This document shows, in pieces, positions 16,830-27,700 of a DNA stretch of 64,000 bases. The notes under the pieces are model-generated. The model saw only the letters and a list, made by a program, of their open reading frames with translations. It was not told where the DNA came from and did no database searches. Position numbers and translations under genes: made by a program. Each line of letters begins with the position of its first letter. The first letter of the stretch is position 1. The stretch spans positions 2,656,001 to 2,720,000 of the forward strand of contig CBDCOX010000002.1 in assembly GCA_965219995.1 (NCBI GenBank), given 5' to 3'. This stretch comes from Candidatus Latescibacterota bacterium. Lineage in GTDB: Bacteria; Latescibacterota; UBA2968; GCA-2709665.

Positions 16830-19337
16830 CTACGCAGTCTGCCCGAACGCCCCGGCGAAGATGACAAAGTCTGAAAACCCGATCGTCCCGTCGCCGTCCA
16901 GGTCGCAGCGCGCGTCGTACCCCGTCCGGCCCCGGCTCGTTCCGAACTTCCCGGCGAATACCACAAAATCCCTGAAATCCACCGCGCCGTCGCCGTCCAC
17001 GTCGGGGCTGCCGTACGCCGTGGCCGTAAAGACCGCCGGCGCAAGGTCTATCGCCTGCGCCGCCACCGTGTGCACCCCCACCTTCGCGCCCAGCGTCAGG
17101 GTCGTGGCCGCACGCCCGCTCGTGTCGGCCCTGGCGGCCGTTGCCGAGACCGCGCCGCCGCCTTCGGTAACGGTAAACAGCAACGGGATGCCCGGGAACG
17201 GATCGCCGTCCTGATCCAGCACCGAGGCCACGAACGGCGCCGGCAGCGCCTTCCCCGCCACGCCCTGCTGTTCCTGCCCCGAGACCACCGCCACCCGATC
17301 GGGACGCCGGCGCACCCGCTCGGACGTGTCCCACAGCTCGACAGTATTCTGGATTGTTCCGGCGGCCAGCACCGACCCGTCAGGCCAATAGGCCAACTTT
17401 ACGGGCGCGCCCAGGTGCGGAAGCCGCTGCCGCACCCTGCCTGTCGCCACGTCCCGCACGATCAACAGCCCGCCGGCGCCCGCCGTGGCCAGGCTCTCCC
17501 CGTCCGGTGAAAACGTCAGATGATTGGTCCAATGTTCATGCACCAGCGGTAACTCGGCAAGAATGCGTTGCGCGGCCCAGTCCCACAGCACGATCAGCCT
17601 ATTGTCTATCGAGTCGGCAGCCAGGATGCGCCCGTCCGGCGAGAACGCGATCGTGCGGATCGGTCCCCCTCTTATGCGCACCAGCCGGTACCGTTCCTTC
17701 AACGCCTCGAGGTCCCAGATCCTGATGGTACCGTCGGAAGAACACGACGCCAGGATGCGCCCGTCGGGAGAAAACGCCACCTGTCGTACGCCGTTGGTAT
17801 GCCCTCTCAACACGCCCAGAATCTGCCGCGTGGCCACGTCCCACACCTTGATCGTGTCCTCATACGACGATCCCGATACCAGCGTGCCGCCGTCGGCGGA
17901 GAACGCCAGCGTAACGACCCGCCGGTTATGCCCTTCCAACCTGCCTGCCATCCGCCGCGTGGCCACGTCCCACAGCGTGATCTCACCGGAGACGGTCCCG
18001 GCAGCCAGCAGCGACCCGTCGGGAGAGAACGCCAGCGACAACGGTATGACGTTGTCGCGTCCGCTCATGGCCAGGGTGGCGATCTCCTCCCGCGTCTCCG
18101 TATCCCACAACTTGACGGTCTCGTCCGATGATCCTGACGCCAGCGTCGCCCCGTCCGGCGAGATTGCCACCCGATTCGCTTGGCCCGTATGCCCTTCCAG
18201 CGTCGCCAGGTGATACGGCGACCGCTGGATGAAGTCAAAACGAGTGAGTCCGATATCACCGCGCCTGTCAACCGCACTGAAAAAAATGGAATGGGACGGC
18301 GGGTCCGACAGCGTCCCCTCACGCGCAGACGGGATCGCGCCGTCATACTCGTACTCGATCACCGCTTCCTGCTCTCCCGACAGGAGACGGCACCCCACGA
18401 CTTCAGTGTAAGAAAAATCGGGAGTCGCCACCTTCGCGATCAACTGATGCAGGCCGTGCGGCGCAAAAAGCCGAACACGGATCGTGAGGCGCTCTGTTCC
18501 CTCTTCATAACGGCGAGGCGACAGCAGCTCGAAGGTCGGCAGCGCGTCCCGGTCGGTGTCCAGGGGCACGTCCGCGTTGAAATACACGTTCACCGACAGG
18601 AACGCCGCGCTGCAGGCAGACAATCGACTTTTTCCGCTCCATGACAGGACATAGTCGCCGTCGCGGAAGTCGTGCCATCCCATCCCGAACGCATGCGCAA
18701 GCTCGTGCACGCAGGTGCTGAATCGAAAACTGCCGGGAACGAGCACTACACCTCCGCCTTTTCCCCCGCCACCGATGCCACCAGCTCGGAAGCTGCGGCC
18801 GTAGGCTACCGATGACCCGTAGCCGTGGTCCAGCACGATGAAGAGCACGTTATTGGCACGACCATGATACTCCTGAAAAACCTCCTCTCCCACCCGGTCT
18901 AATGAGTAGACATTGTAATATCCACGCGGGTGGTCGCCGTCCACGCGGTGCACCACCGGCGCGCCATCCGCGTCCGCCTCATACCGGAACGTCATATACC
19001 CATGCCGGTGCGATTCCATCTGCTCGCCATAGAAATGCTGCATACGCACCATCATCGCCGTCATCGAATCGACCAGTGTCTGTCGGTACGGACGGTCGCT
19101 CGGCAGAAAATAGATCATCCGAACCGTGCGCGGCTCTCCCTCGTTCAGCTCTACCGCTTGCTTTCCCGCAACAGGCGTAGCCTCCCACCGCGCCTCGTCC
19201 AATACCACGCAGTGAAGCACACTGTCCGAAATCGCGGGCGACGCGCACGTCCCAACGGGCAGACACAGCAAGGCCGCGAAACACCACGACGACAAACGCC
19301 GAAGCAATCGATGAACCTCCCCTCTCTTCACGACCAT
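16830..19337 (-). CDS. Secreted zincin-like metallopeptidase + WD40 propeller + Ig-like domain + dockerin/EF-hand C-terminus
   Basis: GGAGGTG RBS before 19337; HELAHAFGMGWH; about 7 WD40 repeats (GH..V..VAFSPDG..LAS.S.D.T.K.WD); C-terminal DVDGDGAVDFRDF / DLDGDGTIGFSDF. Confidence 0.85.
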   Translation of the reverse strand: MVVKRGEVHRLLRRLSSWCFAALLCLPVGTCASPAISDSVLHCVVLDEARWEATPVAGKQAVELNEGEPRTVRMIYFLPSDRPYRQTLVDSMTAMMVRMQHFYGEQMESHRHGYMTFRYEADADGAPVVHRVDGDHPRGYYNVYSLDRVGEEVFQEYHGRANNVLFIVLDHGYGSSVAYGRSFRAGGIGGGGKGGGVVLVPGSFRFSTCVHELAHAFGMGWHDFRDGDYVLSWSGKSRLSACSAAFLSVNVYFNADVPLDTDRDALPTFELLSPRRYEEGTERLTIRVRLFAPHGLHQLIAKVATPDFSYTEVVGCRLLSGEQEAVIEYEYDGAIPSAREGTLSDPPSHSIFFSAVDRRGDIGLTRFDFIQRSPYHLATLEGHTGQANRVAISPDGATLASGSSDETVKLWDTETREEIATLAMSGRDNVIPLSLAFSPDGSLLAAGTVSGEITLWDVATRRMAGRLEGHNRRVVTLAFSADGGTLVSGSSYEDTIKVWDVATRQILGVLRGHTNGVRQVAFSPDGRILASCSSDGTIRIWDLEALKERYRLVRIRGGPIRTIAFSPDGRILAADSIDNRLIVLWDWAAQRILAELPLVHEHWTNHLTFSPDGESLATAGAGGLLIVRDVATGRVRQRLPHLGAPVKLAYWPDGSVLAAGTIQNTVELWDTSERVRRRPDRVAVVSGQEQQGVAGKALPAPFVASVLDQDGDPFPGIPLLFTVTEGGGAVSATAARADTSGRAATTLTLGAKVGVHTVAAQAIDLAPAVFTATAYGSPDVDGDGAVDFRDFVVFAGKFGTSRGRTGYDARCDLDGDGTIGFSDFVIFAGAFGQTA

Positions 19338-19420
19338 ATCACCTCCGTCGGCTACGCGTGCATGCTGCGGAGGCGGGCGCTGCGCAGGTCTCACACCTTC
19401 CTCAGCATCACAGCCAGGCA

Positions 19421-22400
19421 TCACCCTCCCGGGCCCCCGCTGCCCGACGATGCGTCTTCTTCGATATAGCGCGTCAGGATCACCAAATCCGCCATGTTGA
19501 TTACGCCGTCCTTGTTCAGATCCATCCGCCGGTCAAAGTCCGCGTTCGCTGAGCGCAGCCCGAACTTCCGGTTGAACATCGCGGAATCCTTTGCATCGCG
19601 CCTTCCGTCGCCGTTGAAATCGCCGGGCCTCGCCACAGTCATGCTGAATGACGTCGTTACTCGCCGCTTGCCGCGGTCTTTCACGATGACCGTCACCTCG
19701 GCGCTGCCCAGCTGCGTGGGCGTACCGCTGATCCTTCCCGACGAGCTGATGGATATGCCGGCGGGCTCGCTCTCCAGAGAGTAACTGTACGGCGACCTGC
19801 CGCCGGATGCCGATACCTGGATCGCGTCCATATCCAGTTGCCACGTCACGACCACGTCCGAAATCGACGCGACAGACAGCGCGTTGCTCACGTACAGCTT
19901 GAACGAATCTGTGTCCGTGCTATCCTGCGCATCGGTTACCGTCACGGTCACCGTGGACGTGCTCGTAGCATTCGGCGTTCCGGTGATGCGGCCGGTCGTT
20001 GCGCTGATCTTGATCGTGATCGGCGCGCCCGACATCGAGAAGCTGTACGGTTTCTTTCCCCCGGTGGCGGATGCCGTGGTCGAAGGAAAGGCCTGGTTGA
20101 CGGTCGCGTCCTTGTCAGGGATGTCGCCGATATTCAATGGCGGTGGATCCACGCCGGTGATTTTGAAAGTACCGGTACCTTTACAGCCGAAACTGTCGGT
20201 CGCCGTCACCGTGGCTGTATACACGCCGGCCCTTTCTACGGTACCTTCTATCACCCCGCCAGACATCGTCACGTCCGACCCTGACGCCGGAACGACAGAC
20301 AGCGAAAAGGTATACGGCGACTTCCCTCCCGACGCCGTGGCAGTCATCGTGGGTATTTCGTCGCCTACCTTCACCTTCACGTCCTGTACACCTCCAACCG
20401 CGATCGTCGGACACGAGACCGTGATCTTGAATTTGCGCGTGCCCTCACAACCGCACGTGCTCCTCGCCGTCACCGTCACGTCAAACTCACCGGTCTCGGT
20501 GGGCGTGCCGCCGATGACACCGCTCGATGAGTTGATCGTCACTCCGTCCGGCTCTCCCGATATCGTATAGGTGTACGGCGACGTGCCGCCGGACGCCGTA
20601 GCGGTGCGCGATGGCATCGCCGTGCCCTTCGTCACCGTCACGTCATCGATTTCTTCGATGGAAATCGTCGGGCACGAGACCGTGATCTTGAATTCGCGCG
20701 TGCCCTCACAGCCGCACGCGCTCCTCGCCGTCACCGTCACGTCAAACTCACCGGTTTCGGTGGGCGTGCCGCCGATCTTTCCGGGCGTGTCGTCGATGTT
20801 TATGTTGACGCCCGCCGGCGCGTCCGACAGCGAATACGTATACGGCGACGTGCCGCCGGACGCCGTAGCGGTGCGCGACGGCATGGCCGCGCCCTTCGTT
20901 GCCGTCACGTCATCGATCTCTGCGATGGAAATCGTCGGACACGAGACCGCGATCGAGAAGGTGCACGACGCCGTGTTTTCCTCGCCATCGGCTACCGTCA
21001 CTGAAACGTTGAACGTACCCGTTTCCGTGGGTTTGCCGCTGATCTCTCCCGTGTCTCCGTCGATTCCCACCCCAGCCGGCGCTCCCGTCATCGAAAACGT
21101 ATAATCAGGGCATCCTCCACCAACGGACGGAGTGACCTTGGTGATGGCCGCGCCTTTCGTCGCCGTCTGGTCCGCCGGACACAAGATCGTCAGCGCCTTA
21201 CCGGGAACGGTGATCTTGAACGACTCTACATCGGTCGTCCGTCGTCCGTCGGTGACCTTTACCACCACCGGGTGATCGTCGCAGGCAGCCGAAGGCGGTA
21301 CCGTGCCCGTGATGCTGCCGCCGGAGGAGACGCGGATCCACGACGGTGTATTGCTGTTCGGTTTCTTCGAAAACGTCTTCGTGCCGCATCCCCCCGAAGC
21401 GGTCGCTGAGATCGAGATTGACGATCCCACCGCCTTCGTCACGTCTGCAATCGATCTGATGGTCAGTCTCGAAGCGGCCCCCACGGTGATCCGGAATGAC
21501 TCCTCGTCGGTCGTTCCTCTCCCGTCCGTCACACGTAACGTTACGTTGTGCGTCCTGCAGGCTGCCGAAGTCGGTACCGTGCCCGTGATGCTGCCGCCGG
21601 AGGAGACGCGGATCCACGACGGCGTATTGCTGTTCGGCTTCTTCGAAAACGTCTTCGTGCCGCATCCCCCCGAAGCGGTCGCCGCGATCGAGATTGACGA
21701 TCCCACCGCCTTCGTCACGTCTGCAATGGATTTGATGGTCAGCGTAGGACACGACACCGAAGGCGTGGCTTTCACGACGGACGAATCGCCGGGCGTGGCC
21801 GTCGCTTTTGCGCGCAGCTCGAAGGTGTATTCCGTATCGTTCGTCAGGTTCATCACGTGGTGGGTCGTCGTTGTGGCGCCGCTGCCCGATATATCGCTCC
21901 ACGTCGGCTGCGAGGGTCGGCTGCCGCTGTAATGCACAAGCTGGTACTTGGTAATGGCGGCATCGCCGGGATTGTCCCAATTCAGCGTCACCTTCCCGTC
22001 GCCTGCTGTTGCTTCGAGGTTGGCAGGCGCGGCGGGGACGGGAGTGGCCGCCGCCATCGAAGAATCGCCGAGGGTGACCGTCGCTTTCGCGCGCAGCTTG
22101 AACGTATACGCCGTCCCGTTGGTCAGACCCGTCACCGTGTGTTCGGTGGTGCTTGCGCCCGTTCCGGAAACATCGCTCCAGTCCTGAACCACCGTGGTCC
22201 CGCGACCATACTTGAGCTGGTACACGGTGATGCCCGCATCGCCGGGATCGTCCCACTCCAGGGCCACCTGTCCGACGCCCGCCGCGGCCGTCAGGTTGGC
22301 AGGCGCGGCAGGCAACGGCGTGGCCGTCACCTCCGACGAATCGCCGGCGGCGTCCGTCGCCTTCGCGCGCAGCTTGAAAGTATACGCCGTCCCGCTGGTC

Positions 22401-24442
22401 AGACCTGTAACCTTGTGTTGCGTCGTGCTGCCGCCGCTGCCCGCTATATCGCTCCAGTCCTGAACCACGTTGGTTCCATCATCATACTTGAGCTGATACG
22501 CGGTGACGGCGGCATCGCCGGAGGCGTCCCAGTTCAGCGTCACCTCTCCAACCCCTGCCGTCGCCCGCAGGTTGGCAGGCGCCGCCGGCACGGGCGTGGC
22601 CGTCACGCCGGCCAACGTGCCGTTGCCGTTCGCGTTCTTCGCGCGCACTTCGAACGTATACGCCGTCCCATTGGTCAAACCTGTCAATGCGAAACCAACC
22701 GTTTCGTCATCGCTACCGGCGATGTCGGTCCAGTCCGGATCCCACGTCATGCCCGTCCGGTATCGGTACTGGTACTTCGCAATCGTGTCGTCGGCAGCAT
22801 CGTCCCACGACAACGTCACCGAACCGTCGCCCGCCGACGCGCTCAGGTTGGCAGGCGCCGCGGGCACCCTTGGCGCCCTGATTGCGGCAAAGTTGGAACT
22901 CAGACTCAAATCCGCGCCGCGCCACGCCTTCACCCGATAGACGTACCTCTCTCCCCCTTCCACGGTGCCGTCCATGTACGTCGTCGCGCTCGCGCCCGTG
23001 GTGGCGATTGCGTAAAAAATGCCGGGCCCGTCGCCCTTGGGCCACCGCCGCAGCACCTCATAGCCGCTGACGAATTCGGCATCGGCGCCGGGCGCGTCCC
23101 ACGACAGCGTCACCGATCCATCCACCACCGAGACGCTCAGATTCCCCGGCGGAAACCCCACCGGCGTGGCCCAGACGCTGGCCGCAGCGCCGTCTCCCGC
23201 CGCGTTTTGCGCGCGCACCTCGAACGTATACCGGGTCCCGTTGGTCAGGCCCGCCACGCGGTGGCTCGTCGTCGCATCGCTCCCATCGACGTCCGTCCAA
23301 TCCGGATCCCACGTCGCGCCCGTCCTGTATCGAACCTCGTAGCCCGTTATCGTGGCGTCATCCGGATCATCCCATTTCAACGTCACGTACCGGTGACCGG
23401 ACGCCGACTTCAGGTTGACCGGCGCCGACGGCGGCGGCACAGGCGTCGCCGTCACACTGGCGGCTGCGCCTGCGCCGGCCGCGTTCTTCGCGCGCACCTC
23501 GATGGTGTATGCCGTCCCGTTCGTCAGACCCGTCATACCGTGGCTCGTCGTACTGGCGCTGCTCCCGTCGACGTCCGTCCAATCCGGATCCCACAACGCG
23601 CCCGTCTTGTATCGAACCTGGTAGGCGACGATCGTAGCGTTGCCCGCATCATCCCACGACAGCCTCACGGTCCCGTCGCCCACGGACGCGCTCAGGTTGA
23701 CCGGCGCCAGCGGCGGCGGCACAGGCGTCGCCGTCACACTGGACGACGCGCCCTCACCACCCGCGTTCTTCGCGCGTACCTCGAACGTATACGCCGTCCC
23801 GTTCGTCAGACCCGTCACGCGGTGGCTCGTCGTACTTGCGCCGCTCCCGTCGACGTCCGTCCAATCCGGATCCCACAAAGCGGCCGTCTTGTATCGAACC
23901 TGGTAGGCGACGATCGTAGCGTTGCCCGCATCATCCCACGACAGCCTCACGGTCCCGTCACCCACGGACGCGCTCAGGTTGACCGGCGCCGACGGCGGCG
24001 GCGGCACGTCGACGCGGACAAAATTCGAAAAGCCGCTCACGCTGTCGCCCAACCGCGCCTTCACACCGTACACGTACGTCTCTCCACCCTCAACGCCGGC
24101 ATCCGTGTAGGTTGTCTTGCTGGCGCCCGTCGTGCCTATTACCTTGAATACACCCTCCGCATCGACTCCGACGTGCCGCCGCAATACCTGATAGCCGGTA
24201 ACCGGCGCCACCAAGGTCGTCGACGCGCGCCAGCTCAGCGACACCCCGCCCTCACCCACCGTAGCCGTGAGGTCCGTGGGTTCAATCGCGCCGTGCGCCG
24301 GCGCCGCAGCGGACAACAGCAAGAGAACGGGCAGCAGAATACGCCGCACCCGGCGGCAGCACGACCGCCGCACTGCCACACCTGGCAACGAGCCGGGCGA
24401 AGACAACACGGCGGTGGGAGATTGGACGAAGTTGACGCGCAT
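19421..24442 (-). CDS. Large surface protein: about 9 fibronectin type III domains, about 8 putative Ig domains, dockerin-like C-terminus
   Basis: GGAGGA RBS; signal peptide LLPVLLLLSAAAPAHGA; repeated PxAPxNL...GLTNGTAYTFEVRA; ASGGxxPY..G.I.GTPT repeats; GDFNGDG / DLNKDGVINMADL. Confidence 0.9.
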   Translation of the reverse strand: MRVNFVQSPTAVLSSPGSLPGVAVRRSCCRRVRRILLPVLLLLSAAAPAHGAIEPTDLTATVGEGGVSLSWRASTTLVAPVTGYQVLRRHVGVDAEGVFKVIGTTGASKTTYTDAGVEGGETYVYGVKARLGDSVSGFSNFVRVDVPPPPSAPVNLSASVGDGTVRLSWDDAGNATIVAYQVRYKTAALWDPDWTDVDGSGASTTSHRVTGLTNGTAYTFEVRAKNAGGEGASSSVTATPVPPPLAPVNLSASVGDGTVRLSWDDAGNATIVAYQVRYKTGALWDPDWTDVDGSSASTTSHGMTGLTNGTAYTIEVRAKNAAGAGAAASVTATPVPPPSAPVNLKSASGHRYVTLKWDDPDDATITGYEVRYRTGATWDPDWTDVDGSDATTSHRVAGLTNGTRYTFEVRAQNAAGDGAAASVWATPVGFPPGNLSVSVVDGSVTLSWDAPGADAEFVSGYEVLRRWPKGDGPGIFYAIATTGASATTYMDGTVEGGERYVYRVKAWRGADLSLSSNFAAIRAPRVPAAPANLSASAGDGSVTLSWDDAADDTIAKYQYRYRTGMTWDPDWTDIAGSDDETVGFALTGLTNGTAYTFEVRAKNANGNGTLAGVTATPVPAAPANLRATAGVGEVTLNWDASGDAAVTAYQLKYDDGTNVVQDWSDIAGSGGSTTQHKVTGLTSGTAYTFKLRAKATDAAGDSSEVTATPLPAAPANLTAAAGVGQVALEWDDPGDAGITVYQLKYGRGTTVVQDWSDVSGTGASTTEHTVTGLTNGTAYTFKLRAKATVTLGDSSMAAATPVPAAPANLEATAGDGKVTLNWDNPGDAAITKYQLVHYSGSRPSQPTWSDISGSGATTTTHHVMNLTNDTEYTFELRAKATATPGDSSVVKATPSVSCPTLTIKSIADVTKAVGSSISIAATASGGCGTKTFSKKPNSNTPSWIRVSSGGSITGTVPTSAACRTHNVTLRVTDGRGTTDEESFRITVGAASRLTIRSIADVTKAVGSSISISATASGGCGTKTFSKKPNSNTPSWIRVSSGGSITGTVPPSAACDDHPVVVKVTDGRRTTDVESFKITVPGKALTILCPADQTATKGAAITKVTPSVGGGCPDYTFSMTGAPAGVGIDGDTGEISGKPTETGTFNVSVTVADGEENTASCTFSIAVSCPTISIAEIDDVTATKGAAMPSRTATASGGTSPYTYSLSDAPAGVNINIDDTPGKIGGTPTETGEFDVTVTARSACGCEGTREFKITVSCPTISIEEIDDVTVTKGTAMPSRTATASGGTSPYTYTISGEPDGVTINSSSGVIGGTPTETGEFDVTVTARSTCGCEGTRKFKITVSCPTIAVGGVQDVKVKVGDEIPTMTATASGGKSPYTFSLSVVPASGSDVTMSGGVIEGTVERAGVYTATVTATDSFGCKGTGTFKITGVDPPPLNIGDIPDKDATVNQAFPSTTASATGGKKPYSFSMSGAPITIKISATTGRITGTPNATSTSTVTVTVTDAQDSTDTDSFKLYVSNALSVASISDVVVTWQLDMDAIQVSASGGRSPYSYSLESEPAGISISSSGRISGTPTQLGSAEVTVIVKDRGKRRVTTSFSMTVARPGDFNGDGRRDAKDSAMFNRKFGLRSANADFDRRMDLNKDGVINMADLVILTRYIEEDASSGSGGPGG
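20403..20948. repeat. Intragenic tandem duplication of Ig domains (period about 261-267 bp)
   Basis: CACGAGACC recurs at 20412, 20673 and 20940 with near-identical intervening sequence. Confidence 0.85.
21285..21742. repeat. Intragenic tandem duplication of Ig domains (period 276 bp)
   Basis: GGTACCGTGCCCGTGATGCTGCCGCCGGAGGAGACGCGG at 21297 and 21573. Confidence 0.88.
23411..24005. repeat. Intragenic tandem duplication of FN3 domains (period 282 bp)
   Basis: CAGGTTGACCGGCGCC at 23411, 23693 and 23975; units nearly identical. Confidence 0.88.
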
Positions 24443-24791
24443 GGTGACATTCCTCCGGTGCAGGGTTGACAGAAGCTGATGGGTTGTTGACCGGAACCGG
24501 CGGCATCGCCGTCGCAGTGATCCGATCCATTTGATGATCATTACCGCACGGATAGTTAACTTACACATAAAGTTTTGAATTCGTGTTGATTTCTTGGACT
24601 ATTTTGCTGATTTTTTGATGAAAAACAGCCCGAAATCCGGATATCTCACGCCACAACGGCACGGAGATCGAAATTCACGTCCGCGTCCCCCGGGCAGACA
24701 ACGCCGCCGTCCGGTCAGAAAGGCCGGACGCAGCCCGGACGGACTCGATCAATGGGCCGACAGGGCATCGGGTGTGCGTAATCCGCAGGCT

Positions 24792-27700
24792 CTATAGCAG
24801 ACGCAATATAGATCCGCCCGGCAGGAGGGTCCGGGGGTTGATGGTGAAGGACAGCATACCGGCTGTTTTCTGCGTCTCCAGAGGGGTCCGCGTGTCGTCT
24901 TCGTATTCGACGAAGGCGCGACAGTGCGGCGTCCGGATGGAAAACCGGGCCGGGGTTGTGGTTTGTACGAGGAGGGCATCCGCCGAAATCTGTTCGATCC
25001 GGAAGAACGACGGGATTTGCCAGGCCGTGCCCGTGTTGAAGGGAAATTCGTCCACGTCGATCCGGTTGGCGGCTGCGGAACGGATCCGATAACCCGTCCA
25101 GCATCCCTGATCGGGATCCCGGACCCGGACGAAATGGTCCGCGAGGGCATCGGGATATGGTAGCGTTTCGCCAATGCTGAACCCGGCTCTGTCACCATCC
25201 AGGATTTCGCCCTCTATCGAGGCAACCTCCAGCGCAACGGTCAGGTCGGCCGAGGTGAATCGGGTGGCTTCCGTGAGAAAGAGCGAGTCTCGTTCCTCCT
25301 CACTTCGGGTGTAAACAACGGCGCGGCCGGCAAAGGCGACGTCGCCATAGGTGCGTTCGGTCTGATCCAGAGTCTGGATGACCGTGTCGACTCCGGCCCG
25401 GCGGCGGATGCGAAGCGCCACCGGTCCGGAGTCGTTGTCCGGAACGGAAAGCGGCTGGACGTCCAGGATGTCCGGGTCCTGCCTGAAATGGTCGATGACG
25501 GCCACGAACGTAGTTCCGTTCCCGGATTCGGCTTTGCGAGCGAAGAGATAGTCGTTGCGAGCGCCGATTTCCGAATGGTCCCGCTGTCCGGGGCCTTCGC
25601 CCACGATGATCTCGTCGACGGGCGACACCATCCGTGCGCGCATGGTCATGCCGCTGTCGGTCCAGGATACGGTCCACGGGTCTGCAGGTCGGCCGACGCG
25701 GAGCTTCTCGATGTCTCTCCCCATGACTCCGGGACGGTGCTCCAACGGAATCGGCCGATCCTGGGCGGGCGGTGCGCTGATGCGGCCCTCCCCGTGGATG
25801 GCGTAGTCATGGACTGCGCCGCCCCTGACGCGAAAGACGTCGACGAGATAGGCAGGCCCGGCCCCCCTGTGGACCATGGCGCAGAAACGGCGGTACGTTT
25901 CGGCCTGTTCGTAGGCGCCGCACTCGGCTTCGATCACTTTCGTCGCCGGCGATGCGGCCAGGAGCTGGAGATTGCCAGGAGGCCGCCGGCCCCGCGAAAG
26001 CTGTTCCTGCTCGTCGACGACCACCAGGTTGTGTTTGAGCGTGCTTCGGATACTTGCGTTCAGAGGATGGTCTCCGATGTATCCGAGATCGGAAAGGACT
26101 TCCACCCCCTCCACGTTCATGGCGATGTTGAGTGCGTCCGGGTGGTCGTGGCCTTCCGGCTGGTAGAAGCTCATCAGCAGGGTGGCCGTTCCTGTGAGGT
26201 CGGACGGGAACATGCCGTCGTAGCCGGTATTGAAGATCGCCAGCAGCCAGCCCGGAAAGAACCGGTCGCGTACCGGCGGCGGAGGGGCGGGCGGCAGTTC
26301 CGCCGGCCGGTTGAAGAGGGCGTACGCGTCCCCCGTGTCCATGCGCACGAATGGCGCGAAATCGTCTCCCAGTCGCACGAGACCCACATTGTGAATCCAC
26401 GCCGGATACGGCCAGTCGGACGGCCCTTCGCGGGCGTCGGCGGTGTGCGGCAGGCGTCCGTCGGGCAGGGTCATCAGGGTCCGTGCTCTGAGCACGGTGT
26501 GGTAGGGGCCGCCGGGGGCGTAGAGGTTGAGGTTGTCGTAACGGTCTTTCCCGGTATAGGCCGGCGGATCGGAATACCCGTGGGCCGCTTCCGGCAGGTT
26601 TCGCACGTTGGCCACCGCGTAGAGATAATAGCTGGAGCCTTCGGCCGTGCTGCCATCGAATTTGAAGAACCCGTTCAGGTATGGCTCAAAGCCCTCAACG
26701 CCCCGATGCACGTAGTCGGGAACGCCCAGGAAACGCCCGAGTACGACTTCGCCCTCGCGGCAACCCGCGACCTTGTTGTTGATACCCTCCCAGTGCGTAA
26801 ACGTGAAGAGGCCCTCCACGAGCAGGTCTTTGACGATGCGGTCGCGCTCCTGTTCCGTCAGGTAGAGGGTTCCGCGGGCGTCCCTTTCGTCCCAGAGCAG
26901 GTCCAGGGCTTCGGCCAGCATCGAGATGTAATGGGCTTCGGACTGCACGCCGCCGCCGGACAGGCGCCCGCAGCCCCAGAACGTCTGAATGAGGCTGCCG
27001 CTCTTCATCGGGGAACGCGCGGCCTGGTCGGGACACGGGTTGACCTCGTACCGGGCGATATCCCTGTCCTGCGCCATGAGTTCGCACGCGTACAGGGGAT
27101 CGCAATCCATGTAGGTGTTCCAGTAGTCGCGGAACAGGTAGGTGGGGTACACGGCGGAAAAGCGTTTCAGGATGGCTGCCGACGCGCGGGCATAGCGGTC
27201 CTCGCCCTCCATCCGATAGAGGATGGCCAGGTTGCGCGCCACCGCCGGCATGCGGTGGACCTTCTGCTGCCGGACGGCGCCGCTGTACGATGAATGGACC
27301 CGGCGCCCCGCCCAGGTGAAGGCGTTTCGGCCCGTGGTGAACTCGGGGTCGTTTTTCTCTTCAGGTCGGACGTAATACGTAAGGGTCTGGCCGGAACGCG
27401 GCAGATCGAGGCGACCTTCCTCGGGAAACGCCTCGTCGGTCATGGTGGCGCCGCAGTGGAAACAGACCAGTCTGTCCGGATCGCGATCGTTCCACCGCAT
27501 GTTGTAGGTGTTGTCCGCGCCGCAGACGGGGCAGAAGGTCCCGTAGATCTGGGCGGGACTGAGATCCGGGACCATACCGGCAATCCACGCGTGGGAACGA
27601 CCTGCATAGTACTCCGCCAGTTCGAGCATGCCTTCGTAGTGCTTTTTTGCCCAGTCGTGGCGGCGGATATTGCCGCGGGCGATACTGACGTTGTCGTCCC

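Noticed and set aside
19421-24442. Diversity-generating retroelement template/variable repeats
   Set aside because: The repeats are in-frame tandem domains, differences are not adenine-specific, and no reverse transcriptase is present
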